A DNA stretch of 64,000 bases from Emiliania huxleyi CCMP1516 (lineage: Eukaryota), in NCBI RefSeq assembly GCF_000372725.1, contig NW_005202428.1, positions 2,079,119 through 2,143,118 on the forward strand. Reading direction: 5' to 3'. Numbering within the stretch: the first letter of the stretch is position 1; every line of letters starts with the position of its first letter. Positions 11,309 through 23,182 of this stretch are shown here, one piece after another. The notes under the pieces were generated by a model, which saw only the letters and a program-made list of their open reading frames with translations, made no database searches and was not told where the DNA came from. Made by a program: the position numbers and the translations under genes.

Positions 11309-12871
11309 AGGGAGAGAGAGAGGGAGGGAGAGAGAGAGTGAGAGAGAGAGAGCCGTGCACACCCGCCACCGAGCAGGTGGGCGGCCTGCTCTGCTACTCG
11401 ACCTGCTCCCTCAACCCGATCGAGAACGAGGCGGTCGTCGCCGCGCTGCTGCACAAGTGCGGAGGCGGCCGCCGAGGTTGGGCTGGGCGCGCCGACACGA
11501 GATCAGCCGAGATGAGCCGAGATGAGCCGAGCTTAGGCGCCGTCGAGGTGGAGTCCGGCGCCGACGCCGTCGCCGCGGAGCTTGCGGGCGGCTGCGCGCC
11601 GGGGATGAGCACGTGGCCGCTGCTCGACTTTCGGCTGGCGCGCCACCGCGACCTCGCCTCGCTGCGCGCCTCGGCACGATTCGCCTCGCCGAGCGGCGGC
11701 TCGGTCCGCGGCGCGGGTCCATGACGCGTTCACGGCCCCTCGGTAGGCCGCGCCCTGTCCTCGCACCCTTCGCTGCGCTCGCCGCATGCGTCCATGACTC
11801 GTCCACGGCATGCCCCCCAGGCCGACCACCTCGTCGCCGCCGCCGCCCGGCGACACGTGTCCAAGACATGTCCGGGACATGTCTTGCAGGCGGACGTGCC
11901 CGTCAGAGAGAAGCGGCTCTACCGCGCGTCGATGTGGCCGCCCACCGCCCCCTCCCTCGCGGCGCAGCTCCGGCGCTGTGTCCGGCTGCTGCCGCACCGT
12001 TCGGACAGCGGCGGCTTCTTCGTCGCCCTCCTCCGAAAGGCGCGCCCGATCTCGGGCAACCTCGGGTCGCCTGCAACCTCGGGTCGCCTCGGGTATGTTC
12101 GTTCGAGGCCTTCCCTCTCGCCTCCGCCTCCGCAAGGTGCGCGAGCTACCGGCGCCGCCGCCGCGCGCGCCGCCTCGCTCCTCGCCGGCGGCCACTGCCG
12201 ACGCAGGCGATGCGGGTCCGCGGGGCGAAGACGCCGGAAGCGGCGGCGGTGGCGGCGCAAGCGGCGGTCGCAGCAGCACTCTCTACGCGCCCGTCCCGCC
12301 CGCCGTCTCGGCGCGCCTCGCCAAGACCATCCGCAAGCGGGCCGGCAAGGTGCGCAGTCTGCAGCGGTGCCACTCGCCGCAGCCCGCGGCGCCCCGCCCC
12401 TCCAGGCTGAGCCGCGCTCTCCCCCTCCCGCCCCGCCCCAACCAGGCTACGCGCGGCCGCCTCTCAGGCCTCTCTTCGCGCGGACGCCGCCCGCTGTGAC
12501 TGTGGGCAGCGTCTCTTCACAGCCCTTAGTTGTGCGCAGGCCGCCTATTTGCACGGACGGCGCAGGCGGCCCAGGTCGTCTACATGACTCCGGGCTGCGA
12601 GCGCTGCGCAACGGGCGAGGTTCCCTAGAGGATGAGTACAGCTCGAGACACAGACACGCGATGCGCCGAGTGCACCGCCCGCCATCGTACTCACTCCCCC
12701 CCCTGGGCTCTCCATACTCCAGGCGAGGCGCCCGCCAACCGGCTGCGCGTGGTGCACGCCGGTGCGCCCGTCTTTTGCCGCCGCCGCGGCGCCGCGGGCG
12801 AGCCCTCGCGATTCGGGCTCACCGCCACAGGGCGGAGGCTGCTCGCCGCCGAGCTGCCGCCGAGGGAATGA
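9994..12871 (+). CDS. NSUN2: RNA cytosine-C5 methyltransferase, NSUN2/Trm4 family (multi-exon)
   Basis: Motifs RQEVASMLP, VLDMCAAPGSKTTQL, FDRIVCDVPCTGDGTTRK, GGLLCYSTCSLNPIENEAVV and RLLPHRSDSGGFFVALLRK on successive exons. Confidence 0.92.
11218..11351. repeat. (GA)n microsatellite in an intron
   Basis: Read directly. Confidence 0.95.
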
Positions 12872-12955
12872 CAGTGGTGTGTGGTGGAGAGAATGGCGGT
12901 GCAGCCGGTTGCAGAGAGGAGCCGCACGCGCCGCCTATGTAGTGATCTGGGACTA

Positions 12956-14297
12956 GGTCCAGCCCTGGGTGGCGCAGGTTGTGACATTTGGCGATTCCGC
13001 GACTTACTGGGCCCCTGAGCCGCTACCTGTGTGCGATTTTTTGTGGCCCGGGCATGATACTGATAGTAAACGGGTCAGAACCGGCCAAACACAGGCTACA
13101 GCCCCACACACGCGCCCGCCACAGCCTCTCCTGGTACTATACGAGGGGGGGGGTAGACAGCGTCCTAATCTAAAATCTGAGGAGTTCAGGATTGAGGGCT
13201 TGCTTCAGTGAGGCCAAAGTGAGTTTATGGATGTGTGAGAACGGTGCGGGACACGAGGAGTCACGCGGACCGACTCGTTGGTGACTCTGCTGCACGCCGT
13301 TTCAGAAATTTTCTCAGCGTGAGAAAAAGCGTGGAAGAGTGCCACCGTCGGGTAGGACGGGTCGGCCCGGAGTATCAGAGTAGCCGTCGTGGTCGCGGCG
13401 AGCAGCGCCGGCCACTCCGGCGCCGCGTCGGCAACGTGGGAGCATGTCCACCGCCACTTCGCGGTCGCAGCGCTGTTGTTGCCAGAAACGCCGCTATGTA
13501 CCTTTTCGGGCAAACCATCGAGCTGTATGTCGATTATTTCGGACTTGACGGCGGCATGGATGCATGCCTCCATGCCGCCGTCAAGTAGGAGCCAGTCTGC
13601 GGCGACCACAGCGCTCAGAAAGGTACATAGCGAGCTTTTCAGAGTCAAGCGACTGCGCGAAATCCCACACCGATGGATTTTGGGGCGCTGTCTACCCCCT
13701 ACTGGAGAGCATGCGTGAGTGACGTGCTGCAAGCCGCGAGAGTGGCATCAGAGGCAGGAACGACGTGCTCTTGCACCTCGCAGCTGCACCGAGTGTGCTC
13801 GCAGTGTATGCCACGGCCACCGACTGCGGCATTGCTCTCGTGCAGCTAGGCGACGCAGGTCCATCAGCAGGGCTCGTCCAATGCGAGCGCACATTGTGCG
13901 TAGCCGCGGGCAGGTGGCAGTGCACGGCCGCACACCGGCTGTGGCGGCTCGTATGCCCCCGGCAGTGCTGCTAGTCATTAACTTGTGTATTAGGGCCGCA
14001 GCAGACTGCTGCTGTGGCAGCAGCAGCAGCAGCCTGCTGCTGCCTGATTCAGTCAAGCCAGCGGCGCAGCGAGGCGTGCAGAATTTGCGTGGTTTGGTAC
14101 CTCCTGAGGCTGAGCGCGTTCAGACCCGGTGACCGGAGTTGGATGGTTCGATGGAGCTCGCCGAGCTCCATCGAATCATCCATGGCCGGACGGCGGAGCG
14201 TGAGGTAGCGAGCGGAGAGATGTACCGCAAGACGAGAAAAACACGGATCTGACGATTGTCACGGAACGTCAGATCTTGCGCCACCCAGGGCTGGACC
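12956..14297. mobile_element. Non-autonomous TIR element with TA TSD (Tc1/mariner-like)
   Basis: Perfect 21-bp TIR GGTCCAGCCCTGGGTGGCGCA with imperfect extension; TA at 12954-12955 and 14298-14299. Confidence 0.85.
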
Positions 14298-14393
14298 TAC
14301 TGACGTAGTCATCTGTGCCGCGAACGAATGCGCTGCCTAAATTGTCTAAAACACTGATAATCAAACAAACACCCTTGCGTACTTCTTACCCCA

Positions 14394-15701
14394 CTAGCTC
14401 ACCTGTACGCGAAACTCCATCCCCTGGAACACGCCCTGAGGAATCTGGACCGGAACCTGCTGGCCCGCGGGCGTCCTGACTATGATTTGCATCCCGGGCC
14501 CGTAGCCGGCCGGCACGCGCACAGAAAGCAGCGCCGGCGCCGGTGGAGCCGGCGGGTAGTACGGCTGCGGCACCGGCGCCGGTGCGTAGGTCGGCTGCGG
14601 CATCGGCGCCGGCGCGTAGGTCGGCTGCGGCGCGACTGCCGGGTAGAGCTGCTGTGGCGGGCTGGAGCCCATCGACGCCGCCGCGAGCTGCTCCTCGAGG
14701 GCTCGGATGCGCGCCTGCTGCGGGTCCTGCTGCAGGTCCTCGGCGGACTGGCGCTGACTGACCGGGCTGACAGATCGCGAGAGGCGCTCCTCCAGTTCCT
14801 TGATCCGCACGGCCGCCTCGAGCTCGCGCACCCGCTCCTCTGCCGCTGACAGCCGCTCGCCCGCTGCTTGCGGCTTCGTCGACGCGGCGCCGGGCGGCGC
14901 GGCGGGCGTAATGGCGACATTGACGCTCCCCTTCTCGCTGCCCTTGAACTTGAGGCCGAGGGTCGTGCGCCTGGGCTCGGCGCTGAAGAGCTCGCGCCAA
15001 GGCACGTTTGCAGTACCCAGGTCGTCCTCCTTGGCCGAGGAGAAGGTGCCGGGCCCGTCATAGTCCTTGACAGCGATCTGCAGGCGGCGGAGCCGACCAC
15101 CGCGCGACATGCGGTGCAGCACATCTATGGTGAAGGACTCGCCCCACACAGGGTTGAGTTGATTTTTTACCACCTTGGTTGTGCCCCACTGCGCCTTGCT
15201 GCCGCCCGCCTCCTCCACCAGACCGACGAGCCTGGCGAAGGGGTCGGACTTGCCAAACATGCCGTCGGCGTTTCGAAGCTTGCGGGCTGAGTCCAGGGTG
15301 ATGGAGAGCGCGCAGTATCGCTTCACTGCGAGGTTCAAAAATCCCTTTGCCTTATGGCCGTTCAGAACGGCCCGCATTTCGCGCCAGCCATTCGTCTCCC
15401 CGACCTGTTCGGCGAGGTTGAACTCGTGGCCACCCAAAAAGTCGTCCGAGCCATCGACGACAATGCCCTTGTCTGAGTCCCACACGGTGCAGGCAAGGCT
15501 AGGCACAGCTCCTGTGTTCCCCGGCACGATCAGGAAGCACTCGTCCCATTTCGGATTCAAATCATTCGCGATGATCTTGGTTGTGAACTTGTCAGACGTG
15601 CCGTTGAGGTGGAGGCGGACGTAGGGGTCCGACTTCCCAAAGAAACCATCGGCATTGCGGAGCTTCTCAGCCGACTTGACGTGGACGAGGTAGGCTGACA
15701 T
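14394..15701 (-). CDS. Tandem C2-domain protein with coiled-coil and Pro/Gln/Tyr-rich tail (single exon)
   Basis: Two C2 units (LRNADGFFGKSDPYV...LNPKWDE...VWDSD...DDFLG; LRNADGMFGKSDPFA...LNPVWGE...VKDYD...DDLG) with Ca-binding Asp residues. Confidence 0.93.
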   Translation of the reverse strand: MSAYLVHVKSAEKLRNADGFFGKSDPYVRLHLNGTSDKFTTKIIANDLNPKWDECFLIVPGNTGAVPSLACTVWDSDKGIVVDGSDDFLGGHEFNLAEQVGETNGWREMRAVLNGHKAKGFLNLAVKRYCALSITLDSARKLRNADGMFGKSDPFARLVGLVEEAGGSKAQWGTTKVVKNQLNPVWGESFTIDVLHRMSRGGRLRRLQIAVKDYDGPGTFSSAKEDDLGTANVPWRELFSAEPRRTTLGLKFKGSEKGSVNVAITPAAPPGAASTKPQAAGERLSAAEERVRELEAAVRIKELEERLSRSVSPVSQRQSAEDLQQDPQQARIRALEEQLAAASMGSSPPQQLYPAVAPQPTYAPAPMPQPTYAPAPVPQPYYPPAPPAPALLSVRVPAGYGPGMQIIVRTPAGQQVPVQIPQGVFQGMEFRVQVS

Positions 15702-15940
15702 GGCTGTGGGCGACGCTTTCGGGCCTTTTAGTTCGACTGCGACTTTCGACGTGATCAAGGACGCCGACGAGGGCTTTTTCTCGTCGTGGGTATGTTGTTG
15801 GCAACGCAGAGACAGAGCTCACACCACAGAAGAGAGTGGAAGGAAAGAAAGACGATATCGAAGTAGTCACGCTTGGCTCCGTGGTGTGCGTGGGTGGGTC
15901 CGTGCCAGTCAGTCCGCAGTCGTGCCAAGAGTTGGCTGTA

Positions 15941-16520
15941 TACCTCCTCCTGGAAAAGTTATTTAGCCCCACCCCGGTTTCGGATATCGGCGAACGATTG
16001 GACGGTGCCTCCAACTGAGCCAAATGGAGCCCTGTGATGTGGGACCTCACTCCCAGAAGCTTGGAGCTTCAGGCCGCGACCACGTGGCTAGGTGGACACT
16101 AAAGTGCCATTTTGGCGCCAAATCTTGGCGGGAAATGACACGTGGCTTGGCGGGAGTGTGGTGGGCTGCGCTGCTCGACAGCGCTGCTGTTGAGCGCCAG
16201 CTGCTGCTCCCTTCAGCCAGACGGCCGGGCCTGCGCAGCACGACCGCTGGCCTTCCTCCTGCACCACAGGAGCGCGCCAAGGCGCGCGTCTGGGCAAGCA
16301 GTGCGTCTCATCGCGATGCGAGAGTCGACGCTGTGACGCCGCCGCTCGCCGGCTAGAATGACAGTGGCAGCATTCGAGTACACGTGGAGCTGTGCGTACC
16401 AGCACTCGTATGCGAGCTAATTGTGTCCCTGAGCTGCTGTGGGGTGCGTGGGCTCAGCTGCGGAGCACGTACTGGGCGGCGGTGGGGGGTGGGGCTAAAT
16501 AACTTTTCCGGGAGGAGGTA
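15941..16520. mobile_element. MITE, ~35-bp TIR, TA TSD
   Basis: TACCTCCTCC(T/C)GGAAAAGTTATTTAGCCCCACCCC inverted at both ends; TA at 15939-15940 and 16521-16522. Confidence 0.9.
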
Positions 16521-16641
16521 TAGTTTTCCTCTCGCACCCCGTCTCTTTTCCTTTCCTTTCCCGTCTACGACGAGTGCCGGTTCCGGGATGGCCAGCGGCA
16601 GTGACCTTTCTCCTGTGCTTACGTCCCAGGCTTCTGCCTTT

Positions 16642-17151
16642 GGTGCCTCGGACGCCTCGGCCATGCACCTCTGAGTCGCGTTGGGTGGACTCTGGACAGC
16701 GAACCCGCACGCCGACCAACCCTGTCTCTGAGTGTAGCGCGATCGCCGGCTTGGTCGCCCTGACCACCGCTGCCAGCCGCTGGCGTCACTGCGTCCCTTT
16801 TGTCCCTTTTGCTGCCCCTCTTTGCTCCCTTTTCCCTCGCCGCGTAACTTGCGCCCCTTTTGAAAACTTTTATTTTGTTTCTTTAAACCCTTTTTCGGTG
16901 CCTCGGACGCCTCGGCCATGCACCTCTGAGTCGCGTTGGGTGGACTCTGGACAGCGAACCCGCACGCCGACCAACCCTGTCTCTGAGTGTAGCGCGATCG
17001 CCGGCTTGGTCGCCCTGACCACCGCTGCCAGCCGCTGGCGTCACTGCGTCCCTTTTGTCCCTTTTGCTGCCCCTCTTTGCTCCCTTTTCCCTCGCCGCGT
17101 AACTTGCGCCCCTTTTGAAAACTTTTATTTTGTTATATTAAACCCTTTTTT
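16642..17151. repeat. Tandem 255-bp duplication
   Basis: GGTGCCTCGGACGCCTCGGCCATG starts at 16642 and 16897; copies nearly identical. Confidence 0.93.
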
Positions 17152-18941
17152 CTCTACAACCCTCTCTTTTTTATTTTCCCGGGGAAACCATCAAACTTTC
17201 CGGGATATCTGAGCCGAGTCTGAGGCTGGTTTGGGCCCAAATTCAGCCAAATCGGCAAAATACCCAGGTATTTTTGCGGGTATGTACGTACTTGTAGATT
17301 ACTGGGAGAAAAGGGAGAGGCAGGCGCGATTTCGGTAGAAAGATTTAGGTTTGGGGAGGGCGCGAGTCGGACTTGACTTTTCGGCGGGCGAAATGCGGCG
17401 GGTTGGATGCGTCCTCTGAGGGACGACGTGGGACGACCTGTGGCAGCGATCGATGCCGTCGCCGGACGCGGCGGCGAGGCACACGGGCGCCGGCGTGGCG
17501 CGTCGGCAGGCCCACCACGAGCGGATGCGCGACGCGAGCGCGCTCGGGAAGCGGCCGCGGGCGACGCGGAGCTTCCGCCGGAGGACGACGCGGTCGAGAT
17601 GGCGAGCGCCGTCCACGTGCTGGACAGCGTGGCGGAGGTGGGCCCGAACTACACCCTGCTGCGCAGTACCTGGAAAACCCCGGCTATACCTGGAAAATAC
17701 CCGGTATGTTGGCGGGTTTCTCGGTTTCGCCTCAGATTTTCCCCCAGACCAGCTCACAGACTCAGGGAAACTCGTTTCCAGAATATAGCACCAAACACCC
17801 TCTGTTTTCCCTGGTGCCTGGAAATTTCTGGAAACGCAAAGTGCTGGGGACCCTCTGTTTTCCTTTTTGTTTGCCGGAAAAGTATATATTACTCCAAGCC
17901 AAGAGGTGTATCTGTGTTAGTGCCATGGCGCGCCAGTCCCGTGCCATTGTCGGCACGATTTCGCCCCCGTAAAATTCTCTTATGTCGCTTTTTCCTCGAG
18001 TATTCATGGCTTTTCCCCGAGTGACGAGCCACGGGCAAGGCCCGCGGGCCCTCGATATCGCCGTCGCTCGTTAGAAAGACGTTAGAAAGCCGCCAGGTGG
18101 CACCACTTCCTTCATCTGCTCGCTCGCACGCGCTGCGAGCAACATCGGCATGCTGTCGCTCTAACCTGTCGGTGCCTTCACGTTATGCACTGTGGTGCTC
18201 GTTGAGCGAATGCCGGGCGAGCCGCTACTCTCCTGGCCATGTTGTCAGAACCCCTCGATCCATGGCCGGAAACTCCTCACACACCCAAACAGAGCGGTTC
18301 TTCTCGTCTATCCCGAGGTCCGTTGCGCATCAATCGCTGAGCGCCTCTGTGTCACCTCGTCGCATGCATGTCCGACCAATTTGTTCATATAGACTCGAGA
18401 TGCCCTCAAATGCAAAGATGTGAGGAATCTCAGCAGAACTCACGCCCGCGGCTGGTAGATCTACCGACATGTACGCGTGCATGTGCATCTTGCGTGTCGG
18501 GGCGTGCACGCTCCCGACACCGCACGCGTCCACACATACCCCCACGCACACCGCGACACACGTCACCCGCCCCCGGGGAGAGAGTCTTCTAGCATCCTGG
18601 CTTCTAGTGACAGGGATCAGGGTTTGTGATCGTGAGTGAGAGCTTTCAACGGCATAGCGGTGCCAGATATCTCCACTCCCTCTTCAGTCTCTTTCTCTGC
18701 GCTCGGGCTCGCTGTTTTTAATTTGAGAGAAATTTTGACACGGAGTTCTCGGAGATCGCACATCGCAGATCGGAGTGTGTTCTGACATGGAGACTCTCCG
18801 GCGAGATTGCTAAAAGGGTGACTCTCTGGAGCTGAGGGTAGGCTGTGCTCCTCTCGCTCCCCGCGCATTCGTCGACTCGAGTCATCTCAGGAGGGTTCTC
18901 AACGAGATGGTGCGGCGACGGCGAAAAAGCGCCGGTGGCAA

Positions 18942-20104
18942 CTACAGACCGAGAGACGACTCACACGAAGGGTTGTGGCTGGTTCCTCCACCGCGGCACC
19001 TCCCGTACCGCCACTGCTGGCGCGAGCAGGCGCCTCGTCGCTGGTGATGCGCGGCCTGGCCCTCCCGCCGGTGGCCGCCCTTCTCCAGGGCGGCCGGGCT
19101 CGGGCGAGGCGGTGTTGCATAGGTCGGCACCGACTGCGTCTCTGTTTGGGAGCGCGGCTGGGGCTGGGGCTGGGGCTGCGTCTGCAGTGAGTGTGCGGCG
19201 TTCCACCCCTCGACGAACCTGTCCGCGTTCGCCGAGTTGAAAAAGTTCCGCATCAGCGTGATTGACGGCGAGAGGGCGATGGCATAGTGGAACCACCCAG
19301 CGGGACAAAAGAGCGTGTCGCCCTCCTCGAGGACGGCGACGTGTGGGGTGGCCCGCCGCGCGCGCGGGAAGCGGCGGTAGTCGGGAGCGGTCGGGTCGAA
19401 CCAGCTCTGCGCCGCGTCGCAACAGGTTCCCTCGCCCGCGCCCGCGCCTTCGCCCGCGCACTCGCCTGCGCACTCGCCCTCGCCCGCATGCAGGAGGTGC
19501 GCCTGCGACTTTGGATAGAGGACAAACTGCTTCCGGCCCCGCACCTGCGACAGCCACGCGTGCAGCGAGTACGTGTCGTGGTGGAGCCGCGTGACCGTCG
19601 CCGGAGGGCCAAAGAAGACCTTGGTCAGTTTGCGCGATAGGACTCCCAGAGGGCCATCCTCCTCGACGAGGTCCTCGACAAACGACATCCTGCCGACGTG
19701 GTCGCGCATGGCCTCGTGCGTGAGGAACGGGGTCCAGCTGTTGCCGTAAAAGGGGGTGCCGTGCTCGCGCTGCGACAGCCAGTGATCGCGCACAGTGAGG
19801 TACTTCACGTACTCGCGGAGAGGCAGCCGCACTGTCTGCATCGGCGTGCTCTCGCCCCTGCGGAGAGGCGCTTTGTCGTTCGCAATCAGCTGATCATCGC
19901 CATACTCACGAGAAAAGAACTCAAACGACCAGAGCTCGCGTGCCCTCCATCCGACGGTCGCGTCCGTGACGACGCAGGGAAGCCCCTCGCCGCCGGCCAC
20001 AACGTGCTCGATATGCGTCTGCTCGGGTGAGAGCCCGCTGCGGCGCCTGATGGGGATGGCGCCGGGAACGGAGAAGGTGAAGAGATGCCACTAAGGCCGG
20101 CCAT
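18942..20104 (-). CDS. JmjC/cupin_8 2-oxoglutarate oxygenase (N-terminus out of frame with nearest ATG)
   Basis: PCVVTDATVGWRA..WS, FFGPPATVTRLHHD, QVRGRKQFVLY, LEEGDTLFCPAGWFHYA; intact HxD...H triad. Confidence 0.85.
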
Positions 20105-21602
20105 GGCGAGCGCACCTTCGATTTTTTTCTCAGCCCACTTCTTCTCTTCCACCTGGTGGTGCGATGGGCTCCCTCCCGCGGGGAGAGCCCACGGCGGAAC
20201 ACACAAAATCGCAGGGCGACACGGTCCGAGCCCTCTGTCTGACTAGTCTGGCCCTCCGCGCTCCCCTCTCGGTGCTCCGTAAAATCTGAAACTTGGTCAT
20301 CCTAGCGAGTAGGTCCCGACGCGCCAGCTGCTCCACATTGTTGAGGAGCATCGACGAGGGCGCGAGCGGCTTGGCGGACGAGCGTGAACCGCGAACTGGT
20401 TCATGACCGGGTTCACGGTTCACCCCGTGAACTGAGAGGCCTGCTCCTCGGGCGAGGGAGACAGTGGACCGACGGATGTACAAATTCGGCCTCCTTCTTT
20501 TCTCGCCGGCGGCGGCCGAGAAATGTCGATGGGCGTGAAGCCTTGTTCGGCGCCTTCTCAGTGATTTTCAGCGCCGGTGCCAGAGGCACTGAAGGTTCAC
20601 TCCACCCTCCGCCACCATGCTGTGCCAAGCCTGACCTAGCCGTGCCTTCTCGTCTTAGCCTCTCGCTGTTGCTTCTCGCGCCGCAAGCTCTCACGGAGCT
20701 TTCCCCAGCCCGTGTGCCCTCCGCGCCTCGTGTGATCCACACGCGATCCGGCTCCTGCCCGGCGCAGGTAGCCGTCTTTGACCGCAGACGCGCAGTCTCG
20801 CACGCGATGATTCGGCGAAGATGCGCGCGCGCGCAGACCGCTCGGGCCCGCTGCTCCTGCGCACTAAGGACGCCCGCCCGCCCCGCGCCCGCGGCGCGTG
20901 CGCGGCCCCCATCCGGCGGCCGCACGCCTGATTGAGCCGGCTCGCTGCTCGTCACAGGCGGTGGCGCTCACCCGCATGGACAAGGCACCCTGACGCGGTG
21001 CGTGCGCAGCGCCAACCGTCGCCGGCCCAGACTGAGGACTCGGACGGCCAGGGGCCGACAACTGATCGAGGTTTAGGGAGCCGCAGTCCCGGAGGGCCCC
21101 CTGCCCAGACGGATTTTGCTCCTCTCGCGACGGCAGGCTCGCCGGAACAACTGTCGCCGGGGAGTGGAAATGTCGTAACAGTGCCGCTGCAGCGCTGCGC
21201 TCTCCCTTTGCGGCCTCCCGGCCACGAGATAGCCGCGCGGTCGCAGTCGCCGGCCGTTGCACAGATGCGGCGGGTGCAACCGCGCGTATACGCGTCCGCC
21301 GCGGCGGAGAGGCGTCGCGTGTTTGAAGTCTTGGTGCAGAGTGGCGCCCGCGCGCCAGAGTCCGTTGCAGCTGCAGCCGGCAGCTAAAGACGTGTTCATC
21401 TTTAAACCAAATAAACCGAGGTGAGCGTGGTGGGTGCGGCGGGAGAGCTCGGAACGGTTCTAGCGCGAGCGAAACTCTATTAGCCTGGCTTTTTCTTTTC
21501 ACCAGACGGCTTGATCGGCTCAGCCACGCTAAAGGAGTCACGCTCGGTCGAGTTTGCGTTTGCCCGTGCTGCTCGCGAGCTCGGCTGCTTGTACGGGCGA
21601 CG

Positions 21603-23075
21603 ATGGGTAGGCCGATTCCGCGGAACCTCCAGGCTGCCCACGACAAGAAGTGGATCCCCAAGAGCATCGGCAAAGGCACACACCACCGCGAAAAGTATCG
21701 AGCGCTGCTCGACGCCGGCTGGACCATCCTGCACAGTGGCAGCAAGAGCGACTGCCGCGTGGGCTACTACGCGCCAAATGGTGTCGGCTTCGACTCACTT
21801 TCCAAGGCGTGGGCAGCGCACGAGGCTGGCAAGACGGACAAGGGCGTGATCCGCGAGTACGTTTCGGAGGCGGGCATGAGGCTCGTCCGGACGGAGCTCA
21901 ACGGGCACCTCTTCGAGAAGAAGGGGGTCAAGGAGAGGCCGTCACAGGCGGGCTTGGCGGCCGTCCGCACGCCGCTCAACGCGGCCGCGATCGATGCGGG
22001 CGAGCTCAAGGAGGCGCCGTCACAGGCGGGCTTGAGGGCCGTCCGCACGCCGCTCAACGCGGCCGCGATCGATGCGGGCGAGCTCAAGGAGCGGGCGTCG
22101 ACCGCGGGCACGGCGGCCGTCCGCACGTCGCTCAACGCGGCCGCGATCGATGCGGGCGACCTCAAGGAGGTGGCGTCGAGGGCGGGCAAGTGCAACCCCG
22201 CAAACCAGCGCAGGTCGTGGGCGGCGGCCGCCGCGCGAGGCACCGGCGAGACGCAGGACGGCCTCTCGCCGCAGGAGCGAGAGGACATGGCGCAGCAGGT
22301 TGCGGGCGAGGTCAACGCCGTCGCGATCGCCGCGCTCGATCACAGCGGGAGCACCTCCGTCTACGTCGCCGTCGGCAGCCACCGCCGCATGGTGACCAAC
22401 CTGCAGGAGGCCAAAAAAAAGGGGTGGAAGTGCCTCGGCGGCTGTGAGGTTCTCGCCTCCCTGCTCCGCTCCACCCCGGTCGCTTTCGTCCTCGATGAGA
22501 AGGGCCACGCGCAGCGCTTCTGCACCGCAAGCCTGCGGAAGCACCTGAAGGCGGGCAACATCGAGGTCTTCGTGAGCGAGGAGTGCATGCATGCCGCGTC
22601 GACCGCCAAGCGGTCGGAGGTGCTCTCCCACACGGAGCTGATGCAGCAGTACCCGCACCCGCGCACCCTCATGTCGGGCATCTCCAAGGGCGGGCCGCAG
22701 CAGGGCCAGGCCTGCGGCCACGCGCTCGGCGTGCTGATGATGCACTGCATGGGCGAGCACTTCGTCGCGCCGCAGGTCGACACGTACGTCCTCGAGATCC
22801 AAGCCAGCCCGGCCTACCGCGAGCGGAAGGACGAGCTGGGCAGCACCTGGCAGGAGCACGCGCAGCAGCAGGCGTCGTCGTCGTCCGCGCCGCTCGAGCT
22901 GCCGGCGTGGTCGCGCGCCTTCACCAGGAGGAAGCGTGTCCCAGGCGGCCATAAAATCACGGCCCTCAGCGAAGCTGGGAAGACGCGCACTGTGCTGCTG
23001 GGGGTCCAGACCCCCCCCCCCCCCCCAGCAGCAGGGATGACTTTAGATGTGGAGGGGGGGTACCGAGCAATGTAG
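21603..23075 (+). CDS. Intronless orphan ORF: MBD-like N-terminus, 26-aa tandem repeats, unknown C-terminal domain
   Basis: 490-aa ORF with coding-like composition; GW...YYAPNG..F.SL..A motif; four or more repeats at ~21855-22187. Confidence 0.65.
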   Translation: MGRPIPRNLQAAHDKKWIPKSIGKGTHHREKYRALLDAGWTILHSGSKSDCRVGYYAPNGVGFDSLSKAWAAHEAGKTDKGVIREYVSEAGMRLVRTELNGHLFEKKGVKERPSQAGLAAVRTPLNAAAIDAGELKEAPSQAGLRAVRTPLNAAAIDAGELKERASTAGTAAVRTSLNAAAIDAGDLKEVASRAGKCNPANQRRSWAAAAARGTGETQDGLSPQEREDMAQQVAGEVNAVAIAALDHSGSTSVYVAVGSHRRMVTNLQEAKKKGWKCLGGCEVLASLLRSTPVAFVLDEKGHAQRFCTASLRKHLKAGNIEVFVSEECMHAASTAKRSEVLSHTELMQQYPHPRTLMSGISKGGPQQGQACGHALGVLMMHCMGEHFVAPQVDTYVLEIQASPAYRERKDELGSTWQEHAQQQASSSSAPLELPAWSRAFTRRKRVPGGHKITALSEAGKTRTVLLGVQTPPPPPAAGMTLDVEGGYRAM

Positions 23076-23182
23076 TGCGGCCGCTCTGGGTGAGAGTGCG
23101 AGTGTGGCCGGGGGGCGGGTGAACTTCCTGCCCCATTCCCTCCCTAGGCCTTTGTGTGTTTTCTTTCGGGGAGCCTTTCTTT

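Noticed and set aside
17170..18020. Possible decayed TIR element
   Set aside because: Only loose inverted similarity; no definable ends or TSD.
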